From an uncultured Candidatus Poseidoniales archaeon (GTDB lineage Archaea > Thermoplasmatota > Poseidoniia > Poseidoniales > CAYMED01), in NCBI GenBank assembly GCA_964389655.1, contig CAYMED010000010.1:1-64000 (forward strand): a stretch of 64,000 bases of DNA, given 5' to 3'. The notes below the pieces were generated by a model. That model saw nothing but the letters and a program-made list of their open reading frames with translations. It was not told the DNA's origin and did no database searches. Each line of letters opens with the position of its first letter. Positions within the stretch are counted from its first letter, which is position 1. Both the position numbers and the translations under genes were made by a program. Positions 62,301-64,000 of the stretch are shown piece by piece.

Positions 62301-62406
62301 TCATCCCCAACATGAGGACACTCAGGAAGAGCCAGCTTCCCATCAGGCTAATCTTTGTCACATTGCTTGTCATGGCTATCGCTCCGCCGTTAGGCATAGC
62401 CAGCAC
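47305..62406 (-). CDS. Giant (about 5000 aa) secreted surface/adhesin protein with C-terminal sorting-type TM followed by an in-frame type IV prepilin domain
   Basis: Uninterrupted ORF; signal peptide (true start probably ATG 62373 or 62397). Modules: YPVAIDPT/DNRLRE-like N-terminus, lamin-tail-like (VNEF...DWIEL), parallel beta-helix repeats, DTYGDG module, DOMON/CBM9-like, VNDAP cadherin-like repeats, then VPSFAP-TM-RR and DEA|VSPVIATILMVAVTVVLAGVLYVW. Confidence 0.9.
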   Translation of the reverse strand: MLAMPNGGAIAMTSNVTKISLMGSWLFLSVLMLGMSWGGVVPPATTMNDEVDNGLDSVSGLDEVSEDEVYPMPDEKPTIDLGVDSADELVGMRQADKKFYKTDEGVRAYITAGPMHYLDADSRWQDINLNLETSDRGWIVEENTFVTTFAEDIHHGVGIHDESFGSEPIRIGIDPQIVLTDPGMMGTTPYEDLAPPVHVPTPRTGGNTIRYPMYESVDLEYMVTPTTVKQNLVFEHMPNLPDSQQKWIGLKERMVIPSNSALYDGYDLIDDGWYETDRGLEIRDRVTGEMIAEIQSPIISSLQDPSQAVRGKYFIQVTGPLVEITTGVPIEWLQQEDLLYPVAIDPTVIVKGLDSGYAMKYGYSNYYGWGSKYAQVYRNDWTSGYCRGLQSSYSWPRDTCAAGSSYLFYHYNVWAKFDLKNTMLPQATINSATLSTYVPYANQGLKTKYKMDTAILRTCQGSWNSWTNPSVVCSSNAALLDPDNFQGYSSSMSGNPMKMLTSTENSPTSAYVKHPSGTGWKNMTFSTSGANELATRASNTGSDTWVGLGIRVSKNDTQPWYNICNVGSRDYRCGGKQMVLILDWSGGVDNNAPDLKFIPYAGDTYRTGARTLYMTAADVSGVDTSSGNEPRIYYRENNSGTWNSAIISDVPDTRMNQFPSYGFGSLVPWMAGTIPEHSVGATVEYFVAMQDAHTNKNLATSPSGGGGDITTVTDPSNVPSTLHSYTILDTTLASTSDHKWIVNVDGANQMYNARYDAKNYYKQQMTMWEGTNEIVWEFDSTDCGYCFEADDSTYWESPNWNMKHDSSTTTTRSTSASYSSSSYVVNYPGEISRAGPSQNILYYYNADEGQWGIANIDDTASIHEPTNKGQYRYYVTQTGGSSWTYARDDGRSHTSTWSFYNKAIPVRVGSTDFSGKFGTKTVGQSYSSHDFTHLCINSNGFSYFRKSSSTLPGCTHYYYYGYQKTGGNNYQYRWNGWTHGSHGYNGRFTPDWEIYSRVAPIKPVPDTFEPLLQDISVLGDSYVATKRKVYATIADDGDPPTGLDTSSPPKLTYSAVYGMAQDFGTSCGLATTAGSVIVNEFNAVDSGQTLSGTDPHWGQVAGNGGDWIELMVVGSNGASNVDMRGWTIEVDDNGDGSVDSTIELNSDMNWCAVPSGTILTFTEDDTLSGGLATWINKTVENTWAWSNYHVGDGTHFKPTSATSFTVDDQNTDIEIKDMNGASISSMSGGTAATNAQAVLNDVADLTTAQSYGATSSSTFGALNNLTSSGTQDTSNLRTGAIIVSNMIPTKGTVSSCAQVTCEWVSVIPEMARGSTITYNVSATDASIATSGKNTAWSADMSYHIGTPTKVFVVEWHHQGAGYSSNDWISYQARFYDVTNEVEFEYDTDSEAYYDSHTIGYQDDTRNYGETIKRTWTFSYSRSLPIGNNYRISTVGQTDHSYEAYDLGMDELKNYDEVMRGDGSGWPYAYYCYYYAYYYYDYYKRCGDNVEMPDDFEFDWFGDTMSKANGYSMDIWRFGGLSFTTNDYQCNRSWENPTTYGLRLCGSPWNLDYYTLPTTQNNNPPNLVAPFWSGYGSYYCWYSGDRECSIRTKLIPFEGAGLDVSADITKDTIWDKEMSPIRVKPTNGNFLSVAANLQIEPGTTILVEPGKGISFDGSSCIQLDAEGTAAEPIKFSTLEPGRDWKGLAFTSPSSGCTAKQQADRHNFQHVDFEFAETAVKAGSRHDGSGTSTAGDVGSIGFSDVTFTNVGTAIEHGSGANTAISLTNANFDKVDKSCLKAPDGADVVIRDSSFTSCNQDGGANDGVIRITGTGSTLSLENVDVVDANVNVITGTEVSDLWISNMTVSTNTIATRQTGAVIDFNSAASISDVYINNFDVSAAFTNGITDVNPTASLEIYGITLADVSTDGINLGDTALSGPSGLSATMEYVNVTGASGHALSLTRVAPSSLEHIDLSNTGDGLQFFGISPSNAVVSAMDVTAAQLKMSDACGWNVRVSDFALALSGGDGKIIADTSASCGGNLLEAVGGVMSETSGNGNVLQASDGGQLVVADVIIGSQVNTFGASFNEVGSANTGASLMVIHVNISDAGSGMFRCNDNTGHISANCVFTLDSGQGSEYYVGGLVYAHVWRDMAFIGQSATKPMADQSVYATSGTTGSVNSTLSSISPALSPIGSVISDANGDARVWIITEKVDNSGTTTYSHHNIEAVGSGGSGGVWDDSVRPDGSVTIQMDSAPMDFQSAMTCSDIKADSSFTEKVPGHYLIEGANMTITDSFTLDGCILEVNGGNINMNSTGSKTTRIAITDGGELRLPGDVLLGAKNSQYGWDFDVVLGTVTVTRSTIKDVLAEVGCNCGFTIGDGSVLALDAATILGAQASSTDVATVSIDGGSMTSIGASKITNTAQTGTALRIESATPVLDQITLEDAAIGLKLLRAAPTVNAFTITGTTTGVDVEGSMTLPTLYRSTAISGMSGWKHYSVDLTSLAKSNDYVQVGAKIVMDAGTNGLWGYSYAGDYLAFDKMYYNVGLNGNAAEPLRPGNQGATYAASGSTIDTYHKYNPYYRCGNGFSYSYIKDWGGNPYTYNYYLPKYTNSSMSNSPYAAFNYSLEEIEGQSLNYYYYVQMYWYSHRYSYYFNGQYQLSSNSNDPGNGWDTTGVNYNYYWYRQNYASGACRAYGYFQNQNQGYEYHMSAPIVKTGRGDISEYTFEFDFYHRGSDLFEDRMEFVAKSGDSEANLMNSKWVREFGRASMSNGQITGATDGIVLNGNNAVVTMNTVTVSSPTNSGLKTLGNVNSVIDGLTVSGGNYGVLIDSTSNGALSLPGVSLSGQSLAGLYLDSNFQLTFTGSIGNSGGAAIKTGSSDTGGWEWDSLTIANNAIGMEFTGTGANKITNPTFSGNTKDIVVSSATDVTVLDGTIDMGLVDVTHGNGIVRRGYSVEFSVLKPDTDPFTQGAEVYLLTDRGEVAGHATSDSLGMATGFEKITEEKTQSGGLVALTLSAYEVVALGPFDDSGDVRDWRYVRQANLPLTSTGKDTISITFNAAIDAIVCNNWSDNECDADWSTSTGNQYGNSAQAFGAMSLPIADGGTGKAGDWNGAALMWNTDYLYTPSNDIELQLDNTTIFVQPGINAYQRLTRMYVDYQNSAGIHMHNATIIVLGDTGGSGDSYGISFGDPWNALNPIITNTTIIGLSGISQGEPYNWYGQKAERFVVDGNTFVSRVQDANIYYQYRYGINFAEPDGGQISDNTMIGFDYPIRISRASNYYYQQPADYGPDGVVVDGNVLIDSEEYGIYFEGYSYMDGGTVSNNVMRGSTSPNYGLYINDGYSNNLVVDGNEFNHGEQPIYVNRVTDVTINGNTIFGDSNTNHYGIYMGLSNGNVTGNTLTDADGGIYVNTIRNGQDIWITDNTITQSGRQVVGGYGIWVRNCAGGTIHAADNDVSVWHQAFDAQNCDVIDERSSYDSGAGSGLYSDQVGYELSGSNLDVKLYGVSISGFEDGLVMSGGDLELGRNTQIKSKNTAVELTNGADLSVGRSDPQTHIIELSDTGMSPNAPYLAAGDSVTFVNTGSHNLSVNETSGSLFATTSVEWNWPSPVITCMGLNLTMMDTYGDGNEGLGGAIREKGTTNTVLTVPGYDWGKIVTMGPFDAKTSTDYVFEYESDYWPEETSWELTDDSGNVVLAGDVEDLPMDIRFSCGEPKATPEQTMTINTEIHKSYQVEVRNEAGVLQYTGSLQVLDTLGGAYLEATGAGSTALVVSSSTSDIDADYVSVKADTGIDVDGVTGFRFSHVNADSTTGLVMRGGAEGHLENITWGSGITTQIDAQANAELFVINGSLEGDDPTSTPPVTGKLSVAGTAVIYEGNLLGVDVTYMGNPTKNVALLLQSSDRQQADYVSPAWRKSISVNTPADKGSMDDWMGQVPTDWVRPGVVSGGPAIGTRMKSVNYETDSISTLWTTWDSTTLYFALQGHDLTGGEDFIMYFDTTFGGSNAGYSAGDGQSHVMPFAADYRLHLSSDGSTKSLMVFGGSSWSSVTGCSGFDAHWGRETSDATSNVTELAVPFDCIGNLGWQDSGAARVVAFTQNDGTNAVSAVHPAGNTLVGSGGETFDEAISVRFAADKEDSLSQASMRNHLLIYRTYLGSAVPQGENTQWDVTVKDFREENWDSSNSGISMDTSKILQIDIKRARPLIVGIIGAQELVEDQGNYVLNLTALGQDLQDSSDKLMWSAVHESAYSGSPVNVVVVGHDLILSTRPNQFGDHLMTLTVEDLDGLTREHPLRINVTNVNDAPVICDLNKIDCAESIVFGMGSGSSNIQYEGQMIELNLDLGTSANSTNGNYFDSFIVDMWNEQDAGASHNNEQAPQNYNWSISLDSQCNAINLQYSEFQPLPGGLWEKSPKVKIWENDQNEIGGVCSITLNLTDRASVNEWAEEYLVNFTLRPTNDLPEIGDPSDGTLLATESGTVLDQVVDNEWSWVFEEDTTNTDDLTIDLSQIGTDVDSLKLNSTGSWVSDPTQLYWTVHNEETSSRRCDYWNYFHVVDAQTGTRDMITSGKMKLNLVPDANTDGKELDALYDSEIHQSMPTHDGNPVNYCTIRLKLHDSATDPGFYAPLNAAYEQGESDVLVRIRISNVDEPVPDYTFEPQSVRFGISQAVLEGTPVPVSIGIMNNDSVSSGVYAYPHDLVVYIYGNGTRTAQEVCDVIDRADVPKAGGASVSAECWVTRENLATYQDQSGNEIDQQWIWFRIDVKTWEVERHFDNVTGLVTQIESTPPVESDDFLVDLEDSDWTNNVVSHTDASQRSKSSMLPKIVRPLASVASVPSFAPTFVSVAIAGLAVALIRRGPSGRDEEEESMVEDDEAVSPVIATILMVAVTVVLAGVLYVWAGSLADTSAKAEPALIWQTDFNTGDAEQANYFFSITVTQSGDDIRMSQMRVELVDGDGTIYGQDLQNRSIYGVAPSSQAPDARSLIVFNDKQVVDSNGNYFTGFGQGDVIYVRMYNPDNGGSPLGGSSPAQLNVIFDGPVQKSLAKFQLNTNADGGNINPSIKQV

Positions 62407-62642
62407 GACTAAGGCCGTATATAGCCATTCGGGTACATGCTTAACACCGCATATGTTTGAGCAGTAGGCCGTTTACAGCAATAGAAAATGGTACGGTCAG
62501 TTTGTGAAAGGGAATTGTTACTTATTGGCGAGAGAGCGGCGGGATTTAGTAGCCATAAGAGAAGAGGGGGATGATCCATACCAATCAACCATTACAAGAT
62601 CCATTACGAGAGACAGGTCGTTGCAGGTATAGTGGGCTTGAA

Positions 62643-64000
62643 TCAGTAATCCCAGTCATCACCAGAATCACCGCCAGAGCCACCGCCACCTCTGGTCAAG
62701 ATAAATCCACCAACGAGGAAAGACACTGCAAACATGGCAATAATCACCCCAATCGCCCAACCAGGGATCCCCCCTTCGTCATCGGCACCCTGAGACTCAA
62801 GGCTCGATTCAGCTTGACGGTCAGTACTGAAATCACGGAGATCTAGAGATGCCAAAGACCGACCCGATGCCTCATTCCCCAAAACATCAACAGGAGCAAC
62901 TCCAAAATAATACAAATCATTACGCAGGCCCGTAGTCACATTGAATGTCAATTCAGAGTTCGGGCTTTTAGCACATGACCTCAAATCCTTGTTTCTCGCA
63001 ATTATCTGCCACTCCTCCATGGTGAAGGACTGGCTACTCCAGCACACAAGCCAGTGATCAAGTTCAAGCCATCCATCTCCTGCCTCGACTGCATCAACCT
63101 CAAGACTGATGATTCCATCACCCAAATGCTCAGCCTCCAAGCCCGTCACTTCAATCACAGGGGGAGACGCGTCCAACGTGAATTCCTTACGGCACATCGA
63201 AGAGTGGGTGCCAAAAGTATTGTCAACCCACAGAGCCATGTAATAGGTCACCCCATCATCTCCCCAATACACATACCGATTATCTATCGACGGCGTGATC
63301 ACGAGCGTATCGGGGGCCTCAGGATCCATAATCGTTGCATTATTGGTGCTAAGGTGAGCATGCACGACATCTTCGGTCCCGAGTGCTGAATGATTGAGGG
63401 ACCAAAACAGTTCTCCAAATGCATTTTTCAGTGGGGTCGCCCCACAGGGCTCTTCAATACCCGCGCGAGGGGGTTCCGCAACAACACGAGCGGCCTTGAA
63501 GATGCCATACGTCCCGGGTGACAATTGACGAGTCCTCATGGTCGCAGAATTAGAAGAAACGACCCCATTCTCATTAAACATATACCAGCGAATTGTATTT
63601 GTGGATGCATCAATGCAAGGATCACTTGATTCGGCAGCAAAACTGCAAAGGCGGGTCCAGCGCTTGTTGACAGAATTTTCATCCCTGAAATACAAAGCAA
63701 ATTCTTCTTCATCAGGGTGTTCAGGGTAGGAGATCGTCAACACCTCATTGAGGATATCGCTTCCATAAAACTCCATGCAATCGGCAAGTGGAGTAGTATC
63801 AATATTAGCGCCTTCAGAAAGGAAGCATGACAAATTACACAACCCTACATTGTAATTTGGGTGTCCCGGCGTGCAAATCCCTTTGGACATCAATTCTGAC
63901 TCAACGACACGCACATCACCCAATGCTGTGCAATCAACAACATCACAAGGAAGCCCACAAAGGTCGCCATTGAAGTTGGGGTCACTTGGATCACAAACTG
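62643..64000 (-). CDS. Cys-rich surface protein with IPGW-TM C-terminal anchor; 5'-partial
   Basis: Frame stays open from 63923 to the window edge (VCDPSDPNFNGDLCGLPC...); FN3/Ig-like C-terminal part (YYFGVAPVDVLGNE), then IPGWAIGVIIAMFAVSFLVGGFILTRGGGG...DWDY. Confidence 0.8.
   Translation of the reverse strand, partial: VCDPSDPNFNGDLCGLPCDVVDCTALGDVRVVESELMSKGICTPGHPNYNVGLCNLSCFLSEGANIDTTPLADCMEFYGSDILNEVLTISYPEHPDEEEFALYFRDENSVNKRWTRLCSFAAESSDPCIDASTNTIRWYMFNENGVVSSNSATMRTRQLSPGTYGIFKAARVVAEPPRAGIEEPCGATPLKNAFGELFWSLNHSALGTEDVVHAHLSTNNATIMDPEAPDTLVITPSIDNRYVYWGDDGVTYYMALWVDNTFGTHSSMCRKEFTLDASPPVIEVTGLEAEHLGDGIISLEVDAVEAGDGWLELDHWLVCWSSQSFTMEEWQIIARNKDLRSCAKSPNSELTFNVTTGLRNDLYYFGVAPVDVLGNEASGRSLASLDLRDFSTDRQAESSLESQGADDEGGIPGWAIGVIIAMFAVSFLVGGFILTRGGGGSGGDSGDDWDY

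Noticed and set aside
47305-62406. RHS/polymorphic toxin
   Set aside because: Despite the YPVxIDPT-type N-terminus, there are no YD repeats, no DPxG cleavage motif, and no toxin/immunity pair.
47834-62467. Numerous short ORFs inside the giant gene
   Set aside because: Shadow frames expected from its codon bias; none has independent motifs.

Overview
Gene-dense archaeal chromosomal window, most consistent with marine Thermoplasmatota (Poseidoniia, Marine Group II/III-like; inferred, not tested phylogenetically). Archaeal core genes include L44e-S27e-aIF2alpha-Nop10-PAC2, ABCE1, Elp3, L37e, TyrS, PolD small subunit and tRNA-Ser(CGA). They are mixed with bacterial-type genes (hpnE-hpnC-hpnD squalene pathway, gammaproteobacterial-like PurF, class II CCA-adding enzyme, EtfAB, acyl-CoA dehydrogenases, FdhD) and large secreted surface proteins. 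Four observations stand out. (1) A 5033-aa surface protein ends in an archaeosortase-type sorting signal followed in frame by a complete type IV prepilin, suggesting a doubly processed adhesin-pilin polyprotein. (2) Two tandem paralogous Fe-S PD-(D/E)XK (Cas4/AddB-like) nucleases are each fused to two RPA-like OB folds, with no helicase or CRISPR array nearby. (3) A complete bacterial three-enzyme squalene pathway is translationally coupled to ABCE1. (4) An archaeosortase lies directly behind an RCC1/TSP3 surface protein that carries a non-canonical C-terminal anchor. Several real features are missing from the ORF track: an RGG-tailed zinc-ribbon gene at the left edge, S27e, L37e and the tRNA. 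All assignments come from motif recognition only; no searches were run.
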